Source: Saprolegnia diclina VS20 | Taxonomy: Eukaryota | NCBI RefSeq assembly: GCF_000281045.1 | Contig: NW_008246069.1 | Span: 692,437 to 735,171, forward strand | Direction: 5' to 3' | DNA: 42,735 bases | Shown here: one piece after another, positions 21,143 to 32,893 of the stretch | Position numbering within the stretch: position 1 is the stretch's first letter | How the letters are laid out: every line of letters starts with the position of its first letter | Translations under genes and position numbers: made by a program | Notes under the pieces: generated by a model | Told to the model about the DNA's origin: nothing | The model's database searches: none | Seen by the model: the letters and a program-made list of their open reading frames with translations, nothing else

Positions 21143-24100
21143 CTAGGGTGCTCCGTCGTGGATCTTTTGCACGAGACGCGCGATCTCGTCCATGTGCTGG
21201 CGCTTCGCATCACGCTCCTTCTCCATCTACGAACACTGCGGTTGAATCGTGGAGGCATCATTTCCGCACGGACCTGGAGAAGGACGACCTTCATCTCGTG
21301 CTCGGTCGACTGTAGGCGCGTTTGGTACTCGTACAAGCGCTTCTGCATGTGGTGGTGTTGATGCTTTGCGGCTTGGAGCTGATGGGCTGCGACTTTAAGC
21401 TTGGCTTCGAGGCTGCCAACCTCGCTTTTCAGCGCCTCGGCCTGCGTATTAAGCTCGGCTTGACGCGCTGTGTGCTAGTGCAACAAATAGATTTAAACCG
21501 CTCATGTCCAGAACGCACGTACGGATGTCTCAAGCTGCGCGATCTTTTCGGAGCTCCAAGCCTCTTGCTTGGTGACCGTCTTGCGGAGGTGATGGAGCTC
21601 ACCCTCGAGGTACTCGAGCGCCGCCTCCTTTGTCGCGAGCTCCTCGTGAATACGATCCATGTCTTGCAGCCGCGCGGCTTCCGACTCGACTTGTCGTGCA
21701 CGCGCCTCGACCTCTCTCTGGTACTCTGCCATCTCGGCCTGTGCTGCAAGGCTATCGTCAAGTGCTGCTTCTATCTCGTCGACGCGACCCCGCATGTCGT
21801 CCAATGCGACGACCAAAGCGTCCTTTTCCGGACGGGCGTCCAAAAGAAGTCGACTTTGGTCGTCCAGCATGACGTTCTTGACTTGAACGAGCGCGTTGGC
21901 GTCCCGGAGTTGTGTCTCGAGTGCTTCGATGACATCGCCTGTCGACGCGGACCTGGACAGTGCGCTGGCTGCTGCCTCTTCGGCGGCGAGTCGCTGCGAG
22001 CGCTCATCGTCGACTTGGTGCTCGAGATGATCGATGGTATCTTGAAGCTCGGTCATTTGCTGCTCGAACGACTCTTGCATCTTCTTTACGCGCTTGTTCA
22101 TCGACTGGAGCTAATCGTCAAAAGCGTTATGACGTCGCCATTATCACAATGAGATTCGAGACACCGTACTTGGGACGAAAGAGTCGAATGGCTTGCTGAA
22201 AGGTCTGCAACACGCCCCGTTGCTGCCGAAGACTTGAGCTCCCATGCCTTGCCATCGGCCATTGCTTTCTAGGATACGTGTTTGTAAAGCAAAAATCGGT
22301 GGAGTCGGGTAGTTTGGTGCCTGCAGCGCTTGTTGTAGGTGCTTGATCTTTAAAATTGAGTCTTGCTGCTTCTGACGAAACTCGAGCTCCATTTCTTGCA
22401 CCGCTATCGCCGAGTGCCGGAGCAGCATTTGCTCCTGGCGCTTCCACTCAGTCTCGCGACGCTGCCATTCTTCGCGGTGCCGAAAGGTACCAGAGTCGAG
22501 GTCGCTCGTTTTGGCCAAGACGGCATTGCGCAATTGCAGTACCTACATCTATGGTCACCAAGTATATCGTGCAACACAAAATGCCCCACTTCCTTCTCCT
22601 TGGCTGCATACTTTGCGTACACGTCTTCCAAAGACGCAGACGTATCCTACGAATTCGATGAAAACAAGTGCATTCCCATGCAAGAGTACTGCAAGCTCGC
22701 GCCTTAACTGCTGCACGGCCATCGTGTGCTACAACAACACGTATTCAGTCTGCACATTAGGTGCGTGTTCCTACCGCGTGCATTTTGTCTTGAAGGGCTG
22801 AGGCGTGGGTCTTTGTTGCAGCATCCAGTGTAGCCTTTGCTTCTGCCACAGCCAACTCCAAGGCAAGGTCTTTGCTCTATTCGTCCAAATGAGTGGGTTC
22901 CCGCATTCAAGTTGTGAAAACCTTGAGCGCACTGTGCTCTTGCATCCAGTAGGCCACTTGTGCTTCAGACGCGCGCAGGCTTGCTTGGCTTGTCGCCAAC
23001 TGCTGCGTGACACGGTCAATGTCAGCCTGGAGTCCTTCGACAACTTCCACATGGCTCTTTTGGAGTCCTGTCATGCGTTGTGCTTGATAGTCTTCGTCAG
23101 CAGTTCGTGTCTTTTCAGCTGCTTGAAGTTGGGCTTGTACGTCTGCGACGTTGAACGTCAAAGTGGAGTTGGCTGCGGTCAGTTGTAGCACGCTATCTTC
23201 CGCTGTTTGCGCTCGGGTCGTCATGACCGCCAAATCGCACTCGAGGGCCTCAATTTTGTCGCTGGTCAAATCCGTTTGGCTGGCACAAGCACTCGCTTCT
23301 GGCATGCACTGCGAGCCTTGGTGCACCCAACGAGCTAAACTTGGAAAAGTCTTTTTTGGAGAAGCAGGCGGTGACGGGGCGACGTCATCGTCAGCGTCTT
23401 TGGTCTGGAAACGATACCCGTGACGCGTCTCGGTCTCGACAAAGACACTGATCGGTGGAGGCCGCTTCCGCAAACTTTGGTGGTGGAGCTCGCGAAGGTT
23501 CTGCTTGGCGCGGTTGATCTCTGCATCAATTTCTGTCAAGACCGGTGGCTTTGGGAGGCTGTTGGCGACTGGCGATCGATTGCGCTCTTCGAGGCGCCGA
23601 ACGCGACTTTCAAGCGCGTCGGGCTCGGAGCGCGAAGAAGCAGCGGGCGACGCTGCGTCGGCCCTTCGCAGCACGGCCTGTGCAAGCGTGTTGTAGCGGG
23701 GCATAGCCAGCGCTGCCATCTCGCGAAGCACTTCGACGTCTTCGTCGTCGAGCACATCGAGAGCCGACATTTGCTACGAACCGGAGTCAGCCGTCACAAT
23801 CAAATCGCTTTGGCCCACGTCAAGCAGAGAGATGGGGTAGGCTGTCGTCGAGCACACGGGATTCGATTGGCTCTTGCTAAACGTTTGCAGCCGGAGACTT
23901 CGCAAATTCTAGAGAGTGCTGAGGAGAGCTCCGAGGACCTTGGCATACCTGGAGGTAAAAGAGCGGTCGGAGGTCGTCAATGTGAGCGATTTGGTTGTCA
24001 CGAAGATCCAGGATCTCCAGTTGAGGCAGCTTGAGAGGGTCGAGAAGACCGTCAAGAACCGTGAGCCTGGTAGGATCCATGAGATCGCGCAACATGGGTG

Positions 24101-24595
24101 TTGTGTACGCGTTGTAAGCGAGGGAGAGCTCCTTGAGAGCAGGCAGCGTTGGAATGCCCATCGTCGTTACGAGCCTGTGCTTCCATGAGACTAAAGAAGC
24201 TCAATCGCAGCAACCTGTTGGCCGAGAGATCGAGGACAGTAAGGTGCTCGAGTCCCCGCAGCGCGGAGTATGATGGAGCCTACGCATGTCATCAATACAT
24301 CCCATACACGCCATCGTACTTCGATCCAGTTGGACGACAGCGACAGCTCGCGGAGGCTACGCTGCCATATGAGGACCTGCACTTGGATGGGAGGAGCACA
24401 GTACGCACTTGGGGAAGCGCTGCAGCCCATCCATGGTCCGGATGCAGTTGCCATGAAGGTTGAGGACCTCAACTTCATCGGGCTCCTCCGCCTAGGACGC
24501 CTTCCTTGAGCCTCGCATACTACATGTCTTCTTCGCACAGGAACGTCCTTGATGGCGAGGAGCGTTTGGTTCACGCAGCTTATCCGCGCCTCCAT
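21143..24595 (-). CDS. LRR plus long coiled-coil protein, LRRCC1/VFL1-like centriolar protein, multi-exon
   Basis: N-terminal SDS22-type LRRs (VLNLHGNCIRTMDGL, LRELSLSSNWI, LTVLDLSANRL, LEILDLRDNQI). Coiled coils follow, with motifs I recall from LRRCC1: EMELEFR, VKNVMLDDQ and C-terminal EHEMKVVLLQMEKE. Stop TAG at 21143-21145. Confidence 0.65.
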
Positions 24596-25091
24596 GATGA
24601 TGATGCTCAAGAAAGATTAGTTTGGCCAGTTCCTTGCTGCAAATGCTCTCCGCATTGTATTACAGTGTATTGATATCCAAAGCCACATATTTCTATTCAT
24701 TTTGATTTTCAAATCCAGCATTTCTTTGCCGAGTTTTGAGGCGCGCCTATCGATGCACCAAGTCGAGCGGGTACCCAAGCCAGTGCGTGCTTACGTTAAA
24801 CAAGCTCGTCTCGCTTCTCGAGTAGGGCAGTCTTGCGGCAATGGGTGGTTGCTTGCGCTGTTGGTCGCGTTGAATCACCTGTCCACCCAGCAAAAATCTG
24901 ATCGCATCGAGGTATCCTATTGTATTATTTTCCCTCCATTCCAAATGCATTGGCGTTTTGTATGGGCCACTCACTGAAAGGGAATAATATTTTAGAATGG
25001 AGTACCTGTAAGAATACATATCCAGAGGAATGCTTTCATAGAGGAAATGGTCCCTCACCACATTTTGCTTCCATTTTGAACTCGGGACGCC

Positions 25092-28000
25092 ATGAGCGAG
25101 TCGTTGTACGATGAATTTGGCAACTACATTGGCCCGGAGCTAGATGACTCCAACTCGGAGAGCGAGGAAGAGCGCGAAGAGTCCGAGCAAGAGGATGACG
25201 CTTCCGACGACGAGGCTGCCCACGGGCAGGAGGCCGACGACGATGACAACATGGGCCGTGAGCCATCCTCGGCCTTGTCGACGTACCGCGAAGAAGACCA
25301 TCGGATCGTGCTGCATGAAGACAAGCAGTACTACCCGGACGCGGAAGAGGTCTTTGGCGATGCCGAGGTGCTGGTGATGGAAGAAGATGCGCAAGCGATC
25401 GAGACACCGCTCGTTGCTCCGGTCAAGGTCAAGGAGTTCTCGAGCGCCGAGCAGCCACCAAAGACGACGTACTCGAACGATTTCTTGGCAAGCTTGATGG
25501 ACCACCCATCCATGGTGCGCAACGTGGCTGTTGTCGGTGACTTGCACGCAGGCAAGACCGTCCTCTTGGATTTGCTTGTCGAAGCGACGCACGAAGTTAA
25601 GTGGAAGGACCAGCAGACCGATGCGACCAAGAAAGCGATGGCCGTCGAGCTCGAGCGCCGGTATACGGACACCCGCATGGATGAGCAGGCTCGCAAGGTC
25701 AGTATCAAGTCGACGCCCGTGTCGCTCGTGCTGCCGTCCAGCAACGGCAAGTCGTTTATCATGAACATCATCGACTGCCCGGGCCACGTCAACTTTTCTG
25801 ACGAGACGACGGCTGCCATGCAGGTCGCAGATGGTGCGGTGCTGGTTGTCGATGCTATCGAAGGCGTCATGATGAACGTTCGTCACTACTGCTGATTTGC
25901 CTCCTCGCTAATGTGTGTTGTCTAGACGGAGCGCATTGTCAAGGCAGCGCTTCTTTCGAAGCTCCCTATCTTGCTCATCGTCAACAAGGTGAGACCAGGA
26001 CCTATGTACCATCCAGTCGAACGATATCGCTTGTAGGTTGACCGCCTCATCATCGAGTTGAAGTTGCCGCCGGCCGACGCGTACTTCAAGCTTCTTCACA
26101 CGATTGAAGAGGTCAACAAGATCATTGAGACGCACACGCCCTTGGGGCAGCCGGCGAAGCGCGTATCGCCGGAGCTCGGTAACGTCTGCTTTGCTTCGGC
26201 ACAGCATGGCTGGCACTTTTCGCTCGAATCTTTTTCTCGGGTACGCACTTCAGCGCTTTCGTCAAGAGCTCAAATCTGCTTCTAGCTCTACAGCGAAATC
26301 CATCGCGGCGTCAACCCTACGGAACTTGCGAAGCGACTTTGGGGCGACATGTACTACGCGCCCGCGACGCGCACCTTCAAGAAGAAAGTGGTGCGTTTCT
26401 GAACTTTGACCGATGCATTCGCTAAGCTTGCGTTAGCCGTACGAGAACGCGCCGCGCTCGTTCGTGTCGTTCATTCTGGAGCCGATCTACAAGATTTACG
26501 CTCAGGTGCGTTGCCAGCGTCACTACAAAACGACAAGGTGTTTATTCATGTCATCGTAGGTGTTGGGCGAGGACACGGCGACTCTGTCCAAGACGCTGCG
26601 GGACCTGGGGCTTCGCGTGCGTCGCGAAGACTTGCACCTGAACCCGCGTCCGCTCCTCAAACTCGTGCTCTCGCAGTTTCTTGGGCGGTCCGCAAGCTCG
26701 TTTGTCGACATGGTGTCCCGACACGTGCCGTCGCCTCTCGAGACGGCGGCCATCAAGGTCAAGTCGCTCTACACGGGTGATATGGACTCGAAGGTGGCAG
26801 CCGCCATGCTGGCATGCGACCCCACGGGCCCGCTCATGCTCAACATCGTCAAGCTCTACTCGTCGACGGATGGTACGACGTTCAGCGCGTTCGGTCGCGT
26901 CTACTCGGGCGCGGTGACGACCAACCAGCGCGTCAAGGTGCTCGGCGACAGCTACAGTGTCGACGACGACGAAGACATGTGTGTGCGCACTGTCGAGGCC
27001 GTCGGTATCAGCCAAGGTCGGTATAGCGTCCGCGTCAACCGCATTGTCGCTGGCAACTGGGTCCTTCTCGAGGGCGTCGACAGCAGCATCATCAACAGCG
27101 CGACGATCACTGACGCATCCGAAGACGTATTGGAAAGCGAGCGCGTGGGCATTTTCACGCCGCTGGCGCAGCGTTTCGGCACGAGCGCCGTCGTCAAGCT
27201 CGCGGTCGAGCCGCTGAACCCGTCCGAGCTCCCCAAGATGCTCGAGGGACTGCGCAAAATCAGCAAGAGCTACCCGTTGGTGACGACCAAGGTCGAAGAG
27301 TCGGGCGAGCATGTGATTCTGTGCACGGGCGAGCTTGCGGCTGACTGCATCTTGCACGACTTGCGCAAGATGTACTCGGAGATCGAGATCAAGGTCGCTG
27401 ACCCTGTCACGTCTTTCTGTGAGACGGTCATTGAGACGTCATCAGTGCAGTATGTGTTTGCACTTGTTCAACTCGTAGGATTCATGTCTTGCGATAGGTG
27501 CTTTGCCGAGACGCCCAACCAAAAGAACAAGCTCACGATGATTGCCGAGCCCCTCGACGTCGGTCTCGCCAAGGACATTGAAGCGGGCGTTGTGAGCCTT
27601 GACGTACGACGTGTCTATGATGCTAAAGGCTGAAGGAGCACGATGTGTAGTGGCCGAAAAAAGACGTTGCCGAGTTCTTCCAGAACCAGTACCAATGGGA
27701 CGTGCTCGCCGCGCGATCGGTCTGGGCGTTTGGTCCGGACGCAAAGGGCCCGAACGTACTGATCGATGACACGCTCTCGTCCGAGGTCGACAAGAAGGCG
27801 CTCAACTCGGTCAAAAACTCGATTGTGCAAGGTACGGTAGTCTGTGTCATCATGATGGCTCACGATAATTAGGCTTCCAGTGGGGCTGCCGCGAGGGCCC
27901 TCTCTGCGACGAGCCGATCCGCAGCAGCAAGTTCAAGATCCTCCACGCATCCCTCGCAAACGAGCCCATTCACCGTGCCGGTGGCCAGCTCATTCCGACG

Positions 28001-28584
28001 GCTCGCCGTGTCGTGTACTCTTCGTTCTTGACGGCGACGCCGCGGGTACGCATCGTAGAAAGGCGTTTGGACATGCTAACACACCGCGTAGCTTTTGGAG
28101 CCGATGTACGCACTCGAGATTCAGTGCCCCGCTGACACGGTCGCAACGTTGTACCAGGTGCTGACGCGCCGCCGTGGCCACATCACGCAAGACACGCCCA
28201 AGGCAGGGTCGCCGATGTACACGGTGCGCGGCTTCCTGCCCGTTATCGAGTCTTTTGGCTTCGAGACGGACCTCCGTGTCTTCACGCAAGGTCATGCGTT
28301 CTGCACGCAGACGTTTGACCACTGGGCGCTCGTCCCAGGTATGATGTTGCTTGCGTCGGATTGGTCGATGAACGATTTGCATGTGTTCAGGCGACCCGCT
28401 GGACGCCAACATCATTCTGCGACCTCTCGAGCCGTCGCCCGTGGATGCGCTCGCGCGCGAGTTCATGGTCAAGACCCGCCGACGCAAGGGCCTGAGCGAA
28501 GAAGTGAACGTCTCCAAGTTCTTCGACGACCCGATGCTCCAGGAGCTTGCCAAGCACGACTTGGACGCGGACCATCTCATGTAA
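25092..28584 (+). CDS. EFTUD2: 116 kDa U5 snRNP GTPase (EFTUD2/Snu114), 11 exons
   Basis: [13 protein letters not shown] with acidic N-terminus, [66 protein letters not shown] and [18 protein letters not shown]. Ten GT-AG introns. Confidence 0.97.
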
Positions 28585-28986
28585 TAAGCCGCCTCACACG
28601 ACCTCGTTTTATATTCTTTTGAATCGGCGTCGTCGTTGCGGTGGCAGATGGCGACGTGCCGCTGCACGGATGCGGCAGTCTGGACCCTTCGGGAACGGCT
28701 CGGCGCCTTGGGTCATAGCCGCGTTGGCGGCAGTTGCGGTGCTGCAAAAAACAGGCGGTGACGCGACGCTTCCAGGTGCAGACCAGCCCAAGCGACCCGC
28801 GCGTGTTCTTATTCATAGTAGTAGTAGCATCGTGCGTACCCTCGCCTTCTTGGTCCCAACGGCAAGCAAGTTGCATTTGGAACCGCAACCTGGCGCGTGA
28901 TTGGCCGCGCCCTTGGGATCGCGAAGGCGATTGGCTCGTTTTATTGCACTGGGCAGCCGAGATTGGCGGTCACTTTTGGATTTGCC

Positions 28987-29664
28987 ATGTGCGACGTCGA
29001 ACCGCGCAAGTATGCGTACATTCCGCTGCTGCTCAACCCGGTCTTCCCCGGCGAGCCCTCGGCCGCGTCAATCCTCCTCGAGATGCACCACCAGCTCAGC
29101 CTTGAGACCTCGCCCCGCGTCCGGAAGCGCCAGCCCTGCAAGGTCCAGGGCTGCGGCCAGATCAGCATCCGCTACGGACTCTGCTCGGGCCACGGCGGCC
29201 GCTACGTGTGCAAGATGGACGGCTGCGACAAGCTCGTCACCAAGGAAGGTGTGTGCACGGCTCATGGTGGCCGCTACTACTGCATCGTCCAAGGCTGCAC
29301 CAAGCAGCGGTTGAAGAGCGGCCTCTGCTTTGCACACGGCGGCGTCTCGTACTGCAGCGTGCCGGGCTGCAACAAAACACGCCAGAAGCGAGGTCTTTGC
29401 AAGTCCCATGGTGGTGTCGCCTACTGCAAGATCGAAGGCTGCAGCAAAGTCAGCAATGCCAAGGGTCTCTGCCGTGACCACGGCGGTGTCACGTACTGCC
29501 GATCGCCCGGCTGCCAGAACCTCACGCAGCGCGGGGGTCTTTGCCGCAAGCACGGCGGCTTCTCGTACTGCCAGGTCCCGACGTGTAACAAGGGCTCGAT
29601 CAAGGGTGGGTTCTGCCGCGCCCATGGCCACGACCACGACGGCAACGCGACGAGCCCCCGTTGA
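28987..29664 (+). CDS. Protein with seven 24-aa C-x4-C-x9-C-x2-H-GG repeats (WRKY19-like zinc finger family)
   Basis: Seven consecutive units such as CKVQGCGQISIRYGLCSGHGG and CKIEGCSKVSNAKGLCRDHGG. ATG at 28987. Confidence 0.9.
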   Translation: MCDVEPRKYAYIPLLLNPVFPGEPSAASILLEMHHQLSLETSPRVRKRQPCKVQGCGQISIRYGLCSGHGGRYVCKMDGCDKLVTKEGVCTAHGGRYYCIVQGCTKQRLKSGLCFAHGGVSYCSVPGCNKTRQKRGLCKSHGGVAYCKIEGCSKVSNAKGLCRDHGGVTYCRSPGCQNLTQRGGLCRKHGGFSYCQVPTCNKGSIKGGFCRAHGHDHDGNATSPR

Positions 29665-30232
29665 TGCCCCGTCAAATCTTTATCCGGCTTTGCTGGCCCC
29701 TCCGGTTGCGTGAAAATGGACTCGCGTGGTGTTATTTTTGTAGTTTAACGTACCTTTTGAATACATAATCTGAATTGTGACGCAGGAGGCTGCCGATGGA
29801 CAGACAGAGCGGGGCCAGATCGGTTCTCCGGCGCGTCGGCGGCGACCGAGCTACTCGCGTACTAGTGCGTGGATACTACTGCAAGCGCGGGAAAAAAGAA
29901 ACAGAAAATTGCTTGAAGAACGCTCGATTTCCGCTGCGCGTGTAAAACAGATTATCACATAAAGCCCTGTGTGAAAAGTTTCACGTTCCCGTGATTTATC
30001 ACCTGCGAACGTTGTGGTACACATGCAGCAAGGACCAAGGAAAGACCTGGCTGCTGCTAGCTGCTGGACTCTTGCCATGCTAGGTTGTGAGCTTACGTCG
30101 GTCGTCCGCTTCCGTCGTGCCTTGCCTGCGCGCCAGAAAGGCCGCGGACGACGGACTTTTACACTATATTGGGTGGGACATGTAGAAGGTGTGCGATCTT
30201 GGGGTGCCGGTTGGCCAGAACCGGTGGCAGCG

Positions 30233-31455
30233 ATGACGCAGGAGGGCTGGCCGCATGCCGTGACAGCCGCGCAGGCCGCGGGTCTCCTTGCACCGCCATT
30301 CGCGGCTCTGGTGCTTCTTCTTGTGTTACTGCGGGTCGTGTACAAGCCGCCAAACGCGTCCTTCCACCTCGACAAGCACGCCAACTACGGGTCTCTGAGT
30401 GACTTCAGCGAGACCGAGTCCGACGCGGACGACATCATCTACGCCGGCGAGGTGGCGGGCGACTATTCTGCACCCTGGGCGACTACGTTTGACCTCGCCT
30501 TCGTCGCTGGCATGGCCGTCGGCGCTGTCATCCTCTCGATCACGACGTCCGTCGTGCAGCCGCGTCTCTTTACCGACTCGGGCTTTTGGCTTTCGCAGCT
30601 CGTCAAGATCATGTGCATGCTCGTCGTCTCGACTCTTGGCGGGGTCGTCTGTCGCTTCTTCTGCATCGTGGACGACTATGGCTACGTCATGACAACGCGC
30701 AACTCGGTTTTCAAGGTGACACGCATTGGCCATTTGGAGTGTGTATGTGAGCATGCTTAGGTCAACTACACGCGCAAGCTGCAGCATTTTGCAGCATACT
30801 TGATTCCGCTCCTTCGCCCTATCGTGCGCGCCACGGCAGCGCCGACGCTCGAGATGGCGTGGGCGTACTACTGCACGCTCGCTTGTTTCCTCCTTCTGAT
30901 CAAGCCGCTGCGCGAGAGGTCGCGGCTCTGCATGCTGCAGTTCAACGCGCTCGACCGGCCCGAGGACCGTCCGCACACGTTAAAGTGGCTTATCGCGGGC
31001 AACTTGGTGCCGGGGTTTGGGCTTGTGACGCTCTTCTCCGCCGTCTTCGAGAACGTCAGCTTCCTCCTCCTCATCGTACTTATCGTGTGCATTGGCGACG
31101 GCCTCGCTGAGCCCGTGGGCATTGCGTTTGGGCGACACAAGTACTTGACCTCGAGCTGCCTCTCACAACGGCGCTACACGCGCAGCTTTGAAGGCAGCGC
31201 TGTGGTCTTTCTCAGTACGCTCTCGCTGCCTGCCATCATGTACGCGCGACGATGCACGACGGAGGTCTAATTTTGTGCTTTTTGAGCAGGTATACCAGTT
31301 TTGCGTCGCCCGCGCAGGTGTTTGCTACGATGGCGCTCTTGCCGCCAGTCGTGACGTACGCGGAAGCCAAGTCGCCGCACACGGTCGACACGCCGATTTT
31401 GATTGCCGTCGCCGGCACGCTTTTGCACGTGCTCACAGAGCTGCTCGAAGTGTAG
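30233..31455 (+). CDS. Multi-pass membrane protein of the CTP-dependent kinase superfamily (phytol/farnesol/dolichol kinase, Dgk1-like), 3 exons
   Basis: Motifs NYTRKLQHF and IGDGLAEPVGIAFGRHKY...RSFEGS. Introns at 30716-30760 and 31240-31289. Many TM segments. Confidence 0.7.
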
Positions 31456-31511
31456 AAATAGAGACGCGGGTAGGTGAATAAGATAACTATGTCTATTGTG
31501 TCGAGGCATCG

Positions 31512-32474
31512 TCACCGCGTGAGCTGGTGTCGACACCGGCCTTTGGTGCTGTACGCGTGGAGGCACGGCAGCTGCGGCAACGGCGTCGAGTACTCGACGA
31601 GCGTCGTATTGAGGTTGAGCCATGGGTGCGACAAGAGGGCTTTGGCCGAGGGTCGCTTGGAGGCGTCTGTGAGAAGGCAGGTCGCAACGAACGACTGCGC
31701 GTGCATGGAGAGCTGGGCGCCGGACGGAAGGCTGTACTGCCCGAGTCGGATCATGTCTTCCATCTGCGACATAAACGGCGCTTCGAACGGAAAGTGGCCC
31801 GTGAGGAGTACAAACGTGGTGACGCCGAGCGCCCAAACGTCGACCTTGCTCGTGTACGTGGACGAAAACACCTCGGGCGCGAGGAAAGGTCCTGTGCCGT
31901 TGAGCCCCGTCATGCTCTTTCCACGACCGGTGTGCGCAATGCCAAAGTCGATGACGCGCACGTGGCCCGCGGCGTCGAGGAGGATGTTCTCGGGCTTGAT
32001 GTCGCGGTGGGTGATGCCCTTCTTGTGTAGCTCGACGAGCACGTCGACAACCTCGCGCACAATGCACCGGATCGTGTGCTCCGTGACGCTCGACTGCTCT
32101 TGGAAGACGTCAAAGACGTGACCCGCCTTGATGTACTCGGTGACGATCGAGACGAACGCGTCGTCTTGGTACACGGCGACCAGCGACAGCATGTGCGGGT
32201 GCCCGCGCACGGACGAGAGCACTTGCAGCTCGGTCGAGAGCGCATCGACGCGGCTCGGCGTGCTCAAATACTCCGTGGCAATCCGTTTGACTGCAACGAC
32301 GGTACCCATCGCTTTTGCTCTGGCGCGCACCACAACGCACGTTTTACCCTGGCCGATCATGTCGAGGAGCTCGTAGTCGGCTGCAATGTCACTGCGCAGA
32401 ATTGTGTAGAGCTCTTCGTCCGGCGGCGGCGGACTCTGTCGGCAACAACGGAAGCAAGCGAGGGCGCGGTTCAT
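31512..32474 (-). CDS. Ser/Thr protein kinase, CAMK-like, intronless, 320 aa
   Basis: GQGKTCVV, VAVK, HRDIKPEN, DFG, GTGPFLAPE, DVWALG and HPW motifs. Confidence 0.95.
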   Translation of the reverse strand: MNRALACFRCCRQSPPPPDEELYTILRSDIAADYELLDMIGQGKTCVVVRARAKAMGTVVAVKRIATEYLSTPSRVDALSTELQVLSSVRGHPHMLSLVAVYQDDAFVSIVTEYIKAGHVFDVFQEQSSVTEHTIRCIVREVVDVLVELHKKGITHRDIKPENILLDAAGHVRVIDFGIAHTGRGKSMTGLNGTGPFLAPEVFSSTYTSKVDVWALGVTTFVLLTGHFPFEAPFMSQMEDMIRLGQYSLPSGAQLSMHAQSFVATCLLTDASKRPSAKALLSHPWLNLNTTLVEYSTPLPQLPCLHAYSTKGRCRHQLTR

Positions 32475-32893
32475 GGCCTACGGGAAACTGCGCCGTGTTG
32501 CGCGACGGCGGTGCCAGATGGTCGTATCCGGAAAAACCACCGTTTCATCGGCGCCACGGCGATCGTCAGGCGCATTGGTAACGAGCCGACGAGAAGCGAG
32601 CGTTCGTCGTCGCTCACGGATGATCATACCACCGCGTCTGTGGTCAAGCGCGGCACCGTGTGTGGCATCGCGGCGTCGCAGGGAGGCCATAGAGGACTCG
32701 GAGGGATAACGGGTCCATGAAATATCCCCCGTACAGTGCTCCTGTTGCAAGCATTAGCTACGATACGGGCGAGGCATCAATGACGCTTCTAGTGTCATGA
32801 ATCTTGCGTGCGACCGTGGGAGTATGTGGAGGTGCCACGTCATAGCCTCTGGCTCTGGCACTATTTTTAGCGTAAACGGGCTTCTCCTCATCG

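Noticed and set aside
19969..21348. 459-aa minus-strand ORF overlapping the LysM gene
   Set aside because: Antisense shadow of a GC3-rich gene. Only its first ~25 codons are real, as an exon of the LRRCC1-like gene.
24600..25090. AT-rich segment with small ORFs as a possible insertion
   Set aside because: Fits the divergent promoter of the LRRCC1-like gene and EFTUD2; no terminal repeats or transposase similarity seen.
29130..29630. 72-nt periodicity as a possible CRISPR-like or satellite array
   Set aside because: Periodicity is explained by protein zinc-finger repeats with third-position divergence; there are no identical DNA repeats with spacers.
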